Counted from the stretch's first letter, positions 10,950 to 24,400 are shown. The stretch: DNA of 64,000 nucleotides from Caecitellus pseudoparvulus (GCA_965644315.1 CBFFRQ010000068.1:1364001-1428000), one strand, 5' to 3'. Notes: generated by a model not told the origin, from the letters alone. Numbers and translations are program-made.

Positions 10950-13900
10950 AGGCCGTTGTGATTCCGCTGTGGCACCCCCAATTGGTTGCTGCACGACCAA
11001 GCGCATGCCTGGATACAGGTCCGAGGGGTCAGCAATGCTGTTCCACTTGACGATGTCTGCAGAGGTGACTCCGTACATCCGCGCGACTGATGGCAGGGAG
11101 TCCCGCGGTTGAAGGATGTGCTCCCGCACCACAACTCGCTGGCCAGCTCCGTGGAAAGAGAAGAAGTATAGCTTGTGGTCTCCGCTTGCTGCCACCATGC
11201 CGTGGGTGTCGTACTGCAGAGCGAGGACAGGATGCGCCAGCCGTCGGAGTGGAGTCGCAAGGACTGCCCCAGAAATCAGATCCGTCATGCAAACTGTCCC
11301 ATCATGAGAGGCAGAGATAACCTTTGTTGAGTCAAACTGCATGCAAGTGATGGACTTCGAATGCACATGGTAGCGTTTCACCAGTTTGCCAGTTGAACTG
11401 TCCCAGGCGATCAGGACCCCGTGCTTGTCCCCGGACATGACTTGTTGGCTGTTGATCGCAATAGCTGTGACACCAGCGTGGTGCCCCACAAGCCGGTGCT
11501 TAAGCTCGACTGTTCTTGCGGGGTTTGCCTTGCTAGCTGATAAACTGTACATCCTAACCTCCTTGTCCTGGCCCCCACTGCACACGCACCTGTCCCCGAG
11601 AGCGACAGCCGTCACCGCAGCGTCGTGGCCACGAAGCCTCCTCAGCAAGCGCCCGCTGACAGGGTGCCAGAGGATGGCAGTTCCGTCCCCAGACCCAGAT
11701 ATGATCAGCTCGTGGTTCATGTCAACACACCAAATCGCGCCCTCATGCCCCTTGAGCGCCAGAAGGTGCCCCGTGCGCCTCCCACGGGCTTCCTCAGAAG
11801 ATGGGTCCTCAGCTACGTAGCTTGCTGACACAGCGTGGCCAATGGACACCTCCCGAACCTTCCCTCCGTATGGCCGTTCAGCCGCGCTGTCCCACAGGCG
11901 CACTGATTTGTCTGCAGAGCCGGTCACAACCCGCGTGCCAAACGTCGCGATCGCTGTGATCCGCTTTTCGTGCCCACACAGCTCCCCCATGTGTGCCCCA
12001 GCACGATCCCCAAGAAATGAGTTGACCACAGCTCCAGTGGCCAAGTCAAACAAGTACACGACTGTGTCTAAGGTGCCAGCACATTGTGGAACGCCACCAG
12101 TGGCCCGACCTTGCACGTCGTTGACAGCTGGGTTCACGGCATTCAAAGCCACACAGCGCAAGAGCCGTCCTTCAAACGTCTTGGCAGCAAGCGCTGATGT
12201 CTCTGCCTGCAGGTGAAGTTGGGACTCCTCAAATTCGTGTTGAGCATTCTGAAGGCGCGTCTGGTAGGCTGTCTCATCCTTGTCAGCTTCACTGGTCTCA
12301 CTCTCCAGGCGCTGCATCTCGTCACGCAGCTTCACTCTGAGCTGGTGCACTTCAAACATCTGTTTCGACCCGTTGCCGAGAAGCCGGGATTGCACAAACC
12401 TGGACCCTGTTCGAGACACACGGTCAAACTCGTCCTGAAGCAGACTCAGGCGCTTCCGCTCACGCTCCTTGAACTTGCTTGCAGTCTCCAGCAGTGTTTG
12501 CAAAAGAACCTGCTCGCGTCTCAGTTGGGTCTGCTGCATGCGAATGAGCGGAACAAGGGGAGAGCACTGCTCCAAGGAAAGCTGGCGTGCTTCGGACACA
12601 GAAAGCCCAAGAAGTTGGTTCTCCAGTCGGCTCAGAGTGTCCATGCCACGCGACAGCTTCAGGTGAGTCTCACGCTCTGCAGCCTCAGCACGAGCCACAA
12701 GCTCTGCTGCTCTCTCAGGATGCCCCAACAGCCGGGTGGCCTCAGCAATGCCGCGCTCAGCGCGTGCCTGGTCCACTACCTTTCCTTCCCTGGCATACGT
12801 GTCCACAGACTCTTCAAAGTGCCGCCGGGCAGACTCGAAGCGCCCCCGTCGGAGGTAGGTGCGACCAAGGCCCTCGTGAGCTCGAGCAGCTTCCGCTCCA
12901 TCGACCAATTCCTCAGCCAGCTGCAGCGCGCGCTGCCAGTAAACCAGAGCTCTATCCCATGACTCGAGCTTTTCATACAATTCAGCAATGCTTGGGACAG
13001 TTTGCAGGAGGCCAGGAGCATCCTGTGCGGCGCCGTATATCTGTTCGGCCCTGCGGAGGTATGCTTCAGCCTCCAGCAAGCGACCACAATGAACGTATGC
13101 CGAGCCTTGCTGGACTAAAATGGTTGCTTCATCGGATTGATCCACTCCCTGCTCCTCGCCACTGAGAATCAAGACCCTTGTTCCCTTGGATGCTGGGTCT
13201 TGTCCTGCTGGGCCCGTGCGGCCTTGTCTGACTGCGTCCAAGTCTGCGGCATCTGTGAAAGACGAAAAAGTCGACCATACCCCACCAAACCCGGACTTTG
13301 CCTCAATCAACGCATTGTGTCCTTCGCTATGAGACCCTAAACCTCGAGTTGCGTGAGGTTTGGGTGCCTTGGGCTCAGTCGCAGCACGCGCGCTGCCATC
13401 TCGAACTCGGGCTTGCCTGGCAGACATGCCCATGCCCTTCATCCCCTCCCTCACGAGCTGCAGGTGCCGCATGAGCCCTGCCACATCTCGTACGCTCTCC
13501 TGTCGCAAGCTCTGTGCCCTGAGCAGCAGTGCAGAGCCTCTTCCCGGAGAGGTCTCAGAGTGGACTTGCTGTTCAAGCTGCGCCTCGCGTGCTCTCGCCG
13601 CTGAAACGAAGCGCACCCATGTTGACCAGCCTCGATGAAGGTGAACGTTCATCATTCTCCTGACAATCTTCTCCATGATGCTATGCTCGGCATGCCTCCT
13701 CTCCAACATGCAGACCCACGCCTTGAAGCACTTGAGCAAGAGCTGGCTTTGCCACTTGGAAACAACATGTGCTGCTGCCACCTTCCGGCTCAAGTTCTTC
13801 TCAAAGAGGAACAATGCCGCTTGTCTCTCCTGAAGATCTCGTTCACGTTTCTTGAGAATGCCTTCCAATTGCTGCTGCTTCGCAAGGCCTGCAACAAGAT

Positions 13901-16166
13901 CATGCCGAGACCTGAGGAGGAAGCCGTCTGCAGCCTCAATCTCCCTTCGGAGGAGCGCCTCAAGTGCTTCTCTGCTGAACCTCTCCACATGACCGTGTAC
14001 CACAGCGGAGTCCATTTCCTTCCCAGTGAACAATTCTACGTGGCGGAGCTCCGCCGCCAAGTCTCGAGACCGGGCTTCACTCTCACTTATCTCCCTTTTC
14101 AGGCGCAGACGGGCACTGCCGATGGTATCGAGGGAGTTTTGAAGAGAGTGGATGTCACTCCGAAGGCGCCGAATCTTGTGCTCAAACTGAAACCGCTTCA
14201 TGTCCATGAATCGATGCACCCTGGCAGAGCCCGGTGATTCTTGCTCCACAGCACCACCGTCAGACCCCTTAGAGTCCAGGGTTGTGCGAGTGTGCCGTAG
14301 CTCCTCCACTTTCTCCCCACGAGACTCCAATTGTGACTCTCCTTGTGATCTCTGAAGCTCGTCTGCTGGATGCATGTCATGAACAGCTGCTTCCGATGCT
14401 CCGTCGCAAGGTGTCGCCACGGCAACTTGTGAGGAGTGCAGTGCGTCAAGCTTTTCCTGCAGCAGTGACACGTACTCTGCCTTAGGGAAGCGCTGGTGAA
14501 ACCCCTCGACCATCACATCAATGACTGGGTTCGGGTCAGAGCGCGCTTTGCGAATGTCGAAGCCTAGCTGCTGAGCGGCCGTCCCACGTGCTGTCGTCAA
14601 CGATGGCAGCTCTTCACTTGCTGGTGAAACGAAGCCAGCGCTATTCACAGCGAGCACCCGGATGTTCCTATAAGTTGTGTTGTACTTTAGATCCACAAGG
14701 AGCAGGATCGCAGCGCTTGCTGGCACCCTCTGGCTCTTCCCCACCACTTTGTGCGCCAGCTTGTTGCCCGTACTCAGCATCGTGTCAAAGTCAACCACTT
14801 CCTCAGTGTACCTCACCTCATACGTTGTGATGGCACTTCCTCCATCAAACAGAGGTCTCTTGAGAGTGATCTCAGCTGAGTCATGGCGCGGTTGGCCAGC
14901 AGTGGCTAGGTGCAGGGGCCGGGAGGGAGCCCCTGCTGCCTTCGTCTCGACGTCCAACCCCTCGGACCACGCAGAAGCCCCCTTCGCTGATACGGCCCGA
15001 ACCCGAAGATTCACAAGAGTTGTCGAAGCTTGGAGCCCCATGATAGTGAACCCGTCGTGTGCAATGGGCGTGCTTCGGATAACCCTCGTTGTGCTAAGAA
15101 GCGGCTGCGGCTCAAGCTTCCAATCCACCACTTTGCGGCCTTTCTTGACGGGGAATCTCAAACTGAACTCAATTTCGTAGTCGTACACGGGTAAGCCGCC
15201 ATCATACACCGGCTTTGACCAGGTCAAGGCAACCTGCGTGCTGGAGGTGGACAGCACAGCAAGGGATGTCGGTGGCATGGGTGCCTGCGCAAACTCAAAA
15301 GAGATAGACCCTTGCGGTCCTCGACGAGATGCAAGTAGTACTTGCTTGCGCTTGCACTGCAGCATGTGCGAGCCAAGCCTCTTTGTACTGAACTTCCTCC
15401 GACAGAGAGCACAGTCCCCGAGCTCTCCTTTACTTCGCAGCCTCGCTTCCTCCAGTACTTTCATGGCCGCAGACACGCCTCCAGCCGCATTCGCTGCACT
15501 CTCTCGGTCGAACTCGAACTCATACTCTTGCCCATCACACCCTGCAACGTGTTGAACAAGGAGCCCCGGCAAGAACTCCTTCCCGCACTTTGGGCATGCA
15601 TCCAGCTCTTGCCTGCAAGGGCGCCCTTCCAGCTCCTCCATCACTTCCTCCAGGGCGGGTCGATGCCGAGGTGGGATTCCTTCTTTCTCCTGCACGTGGT
15701 CTTGCCTCATCCGCTTTCGCATCATCATCACGCGCTGCTCCAAGTCATCGAGTACTTGCTGGTGCTGTTTGCTGCTGCGCATTTGTTCTTCAACATCCCC
15801 TCTTAGTGAACTGCGCTACAAGACGGCCGCATTTGAGCGCAGACAAGCCGACTCATGATCGCAAGTCACTCACTCCAACTGCCCTGTGACTTGAAGGTGC
15901 TGCTCCACGCGCTTAACGACCGCTCTGGAAGTCTCCTCTTGCATGATGTACTCCATTTTATGCTGAGCTGCGAGCTTGTCAGCTGCTGGTTTGATTGCCG
16001 CTGCCACGCCCATCCTGGACACCTGACCAGCAGGAGTTTCCGCACGCTCCAACACTGACTGCATTGCGCGAGCCTTGCGGGTGCCCTCCGAGCCAAACAG
16101 CCGCTTCGCATGGCGGTGTGACGCCAATGAGCTCGTGATGGCTTCCCAGTCTCTGGTTTCCTGCAT
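10944..16166 (-). CDS. Multidomain protein: 2x C2HC zinc finger, 2x fibronectin III, coiled coil, TPR, coiled coil, WD40, C-terminal LysM; probable intron 15802-15873
   Basis: CPKCGKEF..HVAGC and CALCRRKF..HMLQC; FN3 (LTWSKPVYDGGLPVYDYEIE, VRAVSAKGASAWS; PLFDGGSAITTYEV, VLAVNSAG); TPR-like helices; GH...WD repeats; LysM HILQPRDSLPSVARMYGVTSADIVKWNSIADPSDLYPGMRLVV. The 5' exon is inferred. Confidence 0.85.
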
Positions 16167-16640
16167 GTCAGCCCCCTACCTGGCCCAAGAGCCGAATGTG
16201 ACTTCACTGCCAAGCGCTGCTGTTACTGCGCTGCTGCCAAACATGGGCAAACACCGGAGTGCACGACAGGCCGAGAGCTTGGCATGGAAGAATCACACTT
16301 AGAGCAGCATTTGGTTGTGGGAAACTTTGGCGGACAGATTGAATGTTGTGTCTTCTGCATGCGCAGGACTCTGACATATGCTTCAGTGATGCAGACGACT
16401 TCAGCACGCACTGCCACCCGGAGAAAGGGCAAATCAAAACAAAGAGAATTGCGACAGAGTATTCCATCCCTGATTGCACGTTTGCCTTTCGATTCAGCGC
16501 TCAGGTCTCCAGGTTGTGCTCGGACCATGCACCGTGCAGTGCTGGCAAGCTTCATTTTCCGCACCAAGCACCATCCCAATCCAAGCATCTTCTCTCAGCA
16601 GCAAGACGCTGACTAAATTGCAAGCACTAGTATCGTTCCT

Positions 16641-18435
16641 ATGCAGTACAAGGATAGCCGCCGTATTGGGGTGTTCCGCGGGCACAAACGGCCTTCAAGC
16701 GACAGGGCTGGAGAGCCGTGGAGGACACAGCACCCGACTGGGCGGCAGCCAAGCAGATCACCACCCCCCGCACGACCAAGGCACAATGCCCGAGAACATG
16801 AAGAAGGGAAGGCTCCCGTTGACACGGAAGCTGAGGAAGAGCTAGATGAGAGAGTGAGTTTCAAGTTTCGCCCACGAGGTGCAGCGACACACGTGCAGGC
16901 CAGCACTACCTTCGCAGACCATCTTGGCGGCTGTGAGCGCAGCGATGGAGGATTCCGGGCGATCCTCCGAGATCAAGAGCTTAGAGGCAAGGAGGGCTCG
17001 CCGGAAAGCAATCATGGAAAAGCATCGACCCCACGCCAGCCAGGGAAGGCTTTCTCAGCGTGCACCCGGAGAGAGACCCGCATCTGCCAGTAGTACGCCG
17101 CCAGCTAGTGCTGCAGCAGGGGCAGGAGATGCCGCCTCTCTGGAACACGACTCGGGTTCGAGCTCTGAAGAAGATATTTTTGCGACAGCGGAAAGCGATG
17201 ATGTGCAGGCCCTAGCACAGGCGGGCCGTTTAGGGGACACCACAGCTGCGGCAGTCACGAAGCGGGCTGAAAGCTTGCAGTTGCTCGAGAGCTCAAAGAG
17301 GGCCGCAGCTGCCCCGCAATCAACAGCTGACAACTTCGATGATGCTGAGGGCTATCTAAAGACTCGTGTTGGGGAGGTCATCGGCGACAGGTACGTCGTT
17401 CAGGGAAGTGCCGGCAGAGGAGTGTTTGGCATGGTAAGCCTCTGCCAAGACACTGGGGGGTCGGCGAGCTCGCAGGGACTCGCAACGTCAATGGAACCTG
17501 CTCTAGCCCCAAGTGGCGAGTCGCGTGTTGCTGTGAAAATTCTCAGGGCCAATGACACAATGAGGAAGGCCGGCATGAAGGAGGCTGAGATGCTGCGAAC
17601 TGTACGAGCTGCTGACCCGACGGGTGCGGGGCATGTCGTCCGTCTCCTGAACACCTTTGAGCACAGAGACCACCTGTGCTTGGCCTTCGAAGCCATGCAC
17701 ATGAACCTAAAAGAAGTGCAAGACAAGTTTGGGAAGGGAATCGGGCTTTCGATCGATGCAGTCTCTCACTTCGCCCGTCAACTCTTGAAGGGTCTTCACA
17801 CTTTGGGCAAGTGTGGGATCATACACGCTGACTTGAAGCCGCAAAACATACTTGCCAACGAGGCGTTCAATGTCGTGAAGATTGCTGACCTTGGAAGTGC
17901 CTTCCTACAGCACTCCCAAGACAATGTCCCAACACCTATCTTGTGCTCCAGGTACTATCGGGCCCCGGAGACCATACTGGGATTGAAGCACACATGCGCA
18001 CTGGACATGTGGAGCTTGGCTGCAGTTCTCTTTGAGCTGTTCACCGGCCAAGTGCTCTTTCCAGGCTCGGACAACAACCACATGCTTCACATTATCCAGC
18101 AAGTGGTAGGGCGCTTCCCAAACAAGCTTGTCAAGCGGCACTTACGCGAGGCTCCCCTGCATGACATCGAGCTTCACTTCGGAGACGACTTCCGCTTCAT
18201 CTTCTTGGAACCAGACCCTGTTACAAATGCTGTGGTCCCGCGTCCCACAGTGGTACCACAAAAGCCTGTGAACCCCATCCGAGACAGACTTGCGGCGACA
18301 CAAGCTTCAACAGAGTCCCTCAAGAAAGTTCGAGCATTTCAAGATTTGTTGGAGCGAATGCTGAATCCGGATCCAGCCAAGCGCATTGAAGTGACTGGGG
18401 CACTCGCGCATCCGTTTGTGAATCAAACAAAGTAG
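16641..18435 (+). CDS. PRPF4B: PRP4 (PRPF4B) serine/threonine kinase; intron 16854-16917
   Basis: DNFDDAEGY pre-kinase motif, GRGVFG, VAVKILRAND, HLCLAFEAMHMNL, HADLKPQN, SRYYRAPE, LFPGSDNNHML. Confidence 0.9.
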
Positions 18436-18486
18436 GAAATGTGTACCGACCTGGAGGAATACATTTGCCAAGAATTCGAACTGCAC

Positions 18487-21400
18487 CTACTGCTCTGTGC
18501 TTCTGCCGCTTGAGGCAAGGCGCGCCGCTGCAGCAGCGCTATCACGTCGGCGAGCAGGAGGCTTTTTGGCCGATGAAGCAGCAACAGCAGAGGCTGTGCC
18601 TTTTGCTTTCTGGTGCCTGTGTTTCTTCCCACCACGCCTTGTCTTCTTCCTGGAAGAGGACGATGCCCTTGAAGGAGTTGTGCTAGCTGAACCATCTGAC
18701 TCGCCATCCCCATCTGCCTGTCCTTGCCCTGTGCCTCTTGAGCCCCCGTCCAAACCATCTGAAACTCCCGTGGAAGACCCTTGCAAAGTTGACACAACTC
18801 CTGGCTCACACTCAGCAGCACCGCTTGCCTTCTTTGACGGAGGAGGTCCACGTGGAGATGGCGCAGGACCACGACCAGGTGGACCCCCTGCCGGCTTCAC
18901 ACCGGCCGTGCCACCACTCGGAGATGGCGCAGGACCACGACCAGGTGGACCCCCTGCCGGCTTCACACCGGCCGCGCCACCGCTCGGAGATGGCGCAGGA
19001 CCACGACCAGGTGGACCCCCTGCCGGCTTCACACCGGCCGCGCCACCACTCGGAGATGGCGCAGGACCACGACCAGGTGGACCCCCTGCCGGCTTCACAC
19101 CGGCCGCGCCACCACTCGGAGATGGCGCAGGACCACGACCAGGTGGACCCCCTGCCGGCTTCACACCGGCCGCGCCACCACTCGGAGATGGCGCAGGACC
19201 ACGACCAGGTGGACCCCCTGCCGGCTTCACACCGGCCGCGCCACCACTCGGAGATGGCGCAGGACCCCGTGGTGATGCTGCTGCACCGTGCGGCCGTGCA
19301 GGTGGGGCCTTGCTCACTGGCCGTGGTGGGGCCGCCTTGGAGTCACCACCACTGCTTCCTTCATCCACACCACCCGATTGCGCCTTGCTTGGTGCACTGC
19401 CCGATGTGGCCGACGCCAATCCTCCTTTCTTCTCGTCGCTGGACGTGGCAGAAGAGCTCGACGGTGGTGTGACTTTGGTAGAAGCCACTGATGCAGAGGG
19501 GGCAGGCTGTGCCTCCCCAACACCACCGCTTGCCTTCTTCGACGGAGGAGGTCCACGTGGAGATGGCGCAGGACCACGACCAGGTGGACCCCCTGCCGGC
19601 TTCACACCGGCCGCGCCACCACTCGGAGATGGCGCAGGACCACGACCAGGTGGACCCCCTGCCGGCTTCACACCGGCCGCGCCACCACTCGGAGATGGCG
19701 CAGGACCACGACCAGGTGGACCCCCTGCCGGCTTCACACCGGCCGCGCCACCACTCGGAGATGGCGCAGGACCACGACCAGGTGGACCCCCTGCCGGCTT
19801 CACACCGGCCGCGCCACCACTCGGAGATGGCGCAGGACCCCGTGGTGATGCTGCTGCACCGTGCGGCCGTGCAGGTGGGACCTTGCTCACTGGCCGTGGT
19901 GGGGCCGCCTTGGAGTCACCACCACTGCTTCCTTCATCCACACCACCCGATTGCGCCTTGCTTGGTGCACTGCCCGATGTGGCCGACGCCAATGCTCCTT
20001 TCTTCTCATCGCTGGACGTGGCAGAAGAGCTCGACGGTGGTGTGACTTTGGTAGAAGCCACTGATGCAGAGGGGGCAGGCTGTGCCTCCCCAACACCACC
20101 GCTTGCCTTCTTCGACGGAGGAGGTCCACGTGGAGATGGCGCAGGACCACGACCAGGTGGACCCCCTGCCGGCTTCACACCGGCCGCGCCACCACTCGGA
20201 GATGGCGCAGGACCACGACCAGGTGGACCCCCTGCCGGCTTCACACCGGCCGCGCCACCACTCGGAGATGGCGCAGGACCACGACCAGGTGGACCCCCTG
20301 CCGGCTTCACACCGGCCGCGCCACCACTCGGAGATGGCGCAGGACCACGACCAGGTGGACCCCCTGCCGGCTTCACACCGGCCGCGCCACCACTCGGAGA
20401 TGGCGCAGGACCACGACCAGGTGGACCCCCTGCCGGCTTCACACCGGCCGCGCCACCACTCGGAGATGGCGCAGGACCACGACCAGGTGGACCCCCTGCC
20501 GGCTTCACACCGGCCGCGCCACCACTCGGAGATGGCGCAGGACCACGACCAGGTGGACCCCCTGCCGGCTTCACACCGGCCGCGCCACCACTCGGAGATG
20601 GCGCAGGACCCCGTGGTGATGCTGCTGCACCGTGCGGCCGTGCAGGTGGGGCCTTGCTCACTGGCCGTGGTGGGGCCGCCTTGGAGTCACCACCACTGCT
20701 TCCTTCATCCACACCACCCGATTGCGCCTTGCTTGGTGCACTGCCCGATGTGGCCGACGCCAATGCTCCTTTCTTCTCGTCGCTGGACGTGGCAGAAGAG
20801 CTCGACGGTGGTGTGACTTTGGTAGAAGCCACTGATGCAGAGGGGGCAGGCTGTGCCTCCCCAACACCACCGCTTGCCTTCTTCGACGGAGGAGGTCCAC
20901 GTGGAGATGGCGCAGGACCACGACCAGGTGGACCCCCTGCCGGCTTCACACCGGCCGCGCCACCACTCGGAGATGGCGCAGGACCACGACCAGGTGGACC
21001 CCCTGCCGGCTTCACACCGGCCGTGCCACCACTCGGAGATGGCGCAGGACCACGACCAGGTGGACCCCCTGCCGGCTTCACACCGGCCGCGCCACCACTC
21101 GGAGATGGCGCAGGACCACGACCAGGTGGACCCCCTGCCGGCTTCACACCGGCCGCGCCACCGCTCGGAGATGGCGCAGGACCACGACCAGGTGGACCCC
21201 CTGCCGGCTTCACACCGGCCGCGCCACCACTCGGAGATGGCGCAGGACCACGACCAGGTGGACCCCCTGCCGGCTTCACACCGGCCGCGCCACCACTCGG
21301 AGATGGCGCAGGACCACGACCAGGTGGACCCCCTGCCGGCTTCACACCGGCCGCGCCACCGCTCGGAGATGGCGCAGGACCACGACCAGGTGGACCCCCT

Positions 21401-24400
21401 GCCGGCTTCACACCGGCCGCGCCACCACTCGGAGATGGCGCAGGACCACGACCAGGTGGACCCCCTGCCGGCTTCACACCGGCCGCGCCACCACTCGGAG
21501 ATGGCGCAGGACCACGACCAGGTGGACCCCCTGCCGGCTTCACACCGGCCGCGCCACCACTCGGAGATGGCGCAGGACCACGACCAGGTGGACCCCCTGC
21601 CGGCTTCACACCGGCCGCGCCACCACTCGGAGATGGCGCAGGACCACGACCAGGTGGACCCCCTGCCGGCTTCACACCGGCCGCGCCACCACTCGGAGAT
21701 GGCGCAGGACCACGACCAGGTGGACCCCCTGCCGGCTTCACACCGGCCGCGCCACCACTCGGAGATGGCGCAGGACCACGACCAGGTGGACTCCCTGCCG
21801 GCTTCACACCGGCCGCGCCACCACTCGGAGATGGCGCAGGACCACGACCAGGTGGACCCCCTGCCGGCTTCACACCGGCCGCGCCACCACTCGGAGATGG
21901 CGCAGGACCACGACCAGGTGGACCCCCTGCCGGCTTCACACCGGCCGTGCCACCACTCGGAGATGGCGCAGGACCACGACCAGGTGGACCCCCTGCCGGC
22001 TTCACACCGGCCGCGCCACCACTCGGAGATGGCGCAGGACCACGACCAGGTGGACCCCCTGCCGGCTTCACACCGGCCGTGCCACCACTCGGAGATGGCG
22101 CAGGACCACGACCAGGTGGACCCCCTGCCGGCTTCACACCGGCCGTGCCACCACTCGGAGATGGCGCAGGACCACGACCAGGTGGACCCCCTGCCGGCTT
22201 CACACCGGCCGCGCCACCACTCGGAGATGAGACAATTTCAGCACTTTTCTTCTGTTTTACTTGAGTGGATGATTTGGTTGCTGTGTCAGCCGTGGGACTA
22301 GCCGGTTTATTGCGAGAAGCTTCTTGTGCCATGTCGTCATCCAGGGATGACGATTTACCCCTGCTTCGTGCAGCTCGCATGGCAGCCCGCGCCCCTTGGG
22401 CACGTGAAGTGGGTTTGGGCGCTTGCGGCGGAGACTTGGCTTGCTTGCTTGTCTTTGTTGGAAGAAGGGCTCGTCCGCTGTGTTGAGGCTGGCGGGCTGC
22501 AGCAAACGGGTGTGCAGCATTGGCATGCGGGCTCGTTCGGCGTACGGGTGTTGGCGTGTCCTTGGCTGCAGTGGAACCAGCATCTTTGGAAGGAGAGAGG
22601 TCCACCTTCTCCACTCGGTCAGGGGCAATGACTGCTGCAATGCTTTGACGAGATCGGCCAAGGCGAACTGTTTGTGAGCGGACAGTTGGAATGGCTTTGG
22701 CTGAGCGAGCAGCGGCAGCAGCTTCGGTAGCTGCCAGCACTGCAGCGAAAGGGGAGGAATCTTCGGCATGCCCTTCAGTCTGCTTGGACTCAGCTGCCCC
22801 GCCTGTAGAATGCTCCTTGACGCCCCCTAAAGTGTGCACAACGCGCTCAGCTTTAACGTTTGCAGTTCCGGGAGCAGCAGGGAGGAACTCAGTCTTGATG
22901 CTCCGGCGCCGACGCAGTCTGCCTTTCTGAGACTTGGATTCACCCTCAGGAAGGGGGGCCAATCCTCCTGGAGTCAAGCTTGGTCCCTTGGCATGGGAGC
23001 GGTGTGCAGCAGCTTTTGCCTGACGCATGGAACGCTGCAAGTCGCCAGGTTTGGGGGTACCCTGTCGCGATAGGCCGTAGCGGGAAGACGCCGACATGCC
23101 TAGCTTTGTACGTTCTTGATCTGAGAGCAGTCCTTGCCTTGCGGCCCCGGGCACCACTCCCATGCTGGCTCGCCTTGCTTTGCCCCGGGGGGCAAGGCGG
23201 GCAGTGAGGGGGCTGGAAGACGGGGATGAAGTCCGCTCCAAAGCAGCCTGAACGGCCTCCGAGGCAGTGGAACGTGCCGTGTCTGCCACAGACTGTACTG
23301 ACGCTACAGGAGGGCCTCGCTGTTGATCCTGAAGCTGAAGCTTGGCAATTTCCACTTCAGCCTCAATGCGCCGTGCCTCGGCAGCCTCTAGAGCCTCTGA
23401 TGCAGCTTCCTTCTCCAGCATGAGATCAGCTTTCGCTTGCTTGGCCACTTGCCTAGCTGCTCGCTCGGCCTCTTTGGCTGCAGCAATCTTGGCCGCAGAC
23501 AAGCTCCGCTCGTCGTTCAGAGCCTGTTGAAGCTCGATGAGCTCCGCTTGCAGCTTTTCTACCTGGGCATTAGAGGCTGCTAGCTGCTGTGCTGTCGCAG
23601 CAGAGGCTGTTGCCGACTGCGCAGCACCTTGCTCTGCAGTCGCCTTAGCAGAGGCTAGCTCCTGCTGCAGTGCGGCGATTGTGCTTTCCTTTTCATCACA
23701 CTTGCTCTTCAGGGCCGATATTTCTTCTCGGGCGGCCGTAGTTTCCTGCTGAGCAGCTTCCAGCCGGTGCTGTACTTCACGAGTCATCGCGCCCATCACA
23801 AGGTCAGGAGACAAAGACTCCACATCACCTCCATGCGATGCCGCCAAAGAAGCTCTCGCAGCCCGGAAAATGCTGGCGAGTTCGTGAAGCTCCTGGACGT
23901 GAGCAAGGTGCTCCTCCCGGATTGCCTGCACTTCGTGTCTGGCAGCTGCAGCCTGTTCACTGAAGAGAGCCTCAAGCGTATGGCGGCGAAGCGCCAGGTC
24001 CTCACGTTCGGCAACCAAACGCTCACGTTCAACTCGTGAAGCAACGTACTCTGAGTGGAGTTTTTGGGTCAGAGAAAGGACTTTCTGCGATGCAAGCACA
24101 AGATAAGGCGTTTCAGCATCAGCGTCGCAGCGACCTGCCAGGGAGAGGCAAGCTTGGAGGCAGATTGGGACGCACCTGAGGAGCGGAGGAAGACATGACC
24201 TCTCCTTGCAACTCTTCGGCGATGGTTCGCCCCAAAGTTGCCTCATCCTCTTGCATAGATGCCCATTGGTCAGCCCGGGCTTCTGGCGATCGAGGCCGAC
24301 CAAGCTTGCCCCAAAGCTCAAGTTGACGCTGCAGCGCGTTATCAATCGACTGCGTAAGCATGAGGCAGGGGTGAGGCAAGTTGGCGCACAGAACGTGACA

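Noticed and set aside
18854-22222. CRISPR-like repeat/spacer appearance
   Set aside because: Units are contiguous 66-mers, the spacers are near-identical 309-bp copies, everything is in frame within a eukaryotic CDS, and no cas genes are present.
18497-22301. 1255-aa and 488-aa plus-strand ORFs antisense to the repeat gene
   Set aside because: They are explained by a stop-free GC-rich unit of 3n length and extend little beyond the array, whereas the minus frame continues into a coiled-coil region.
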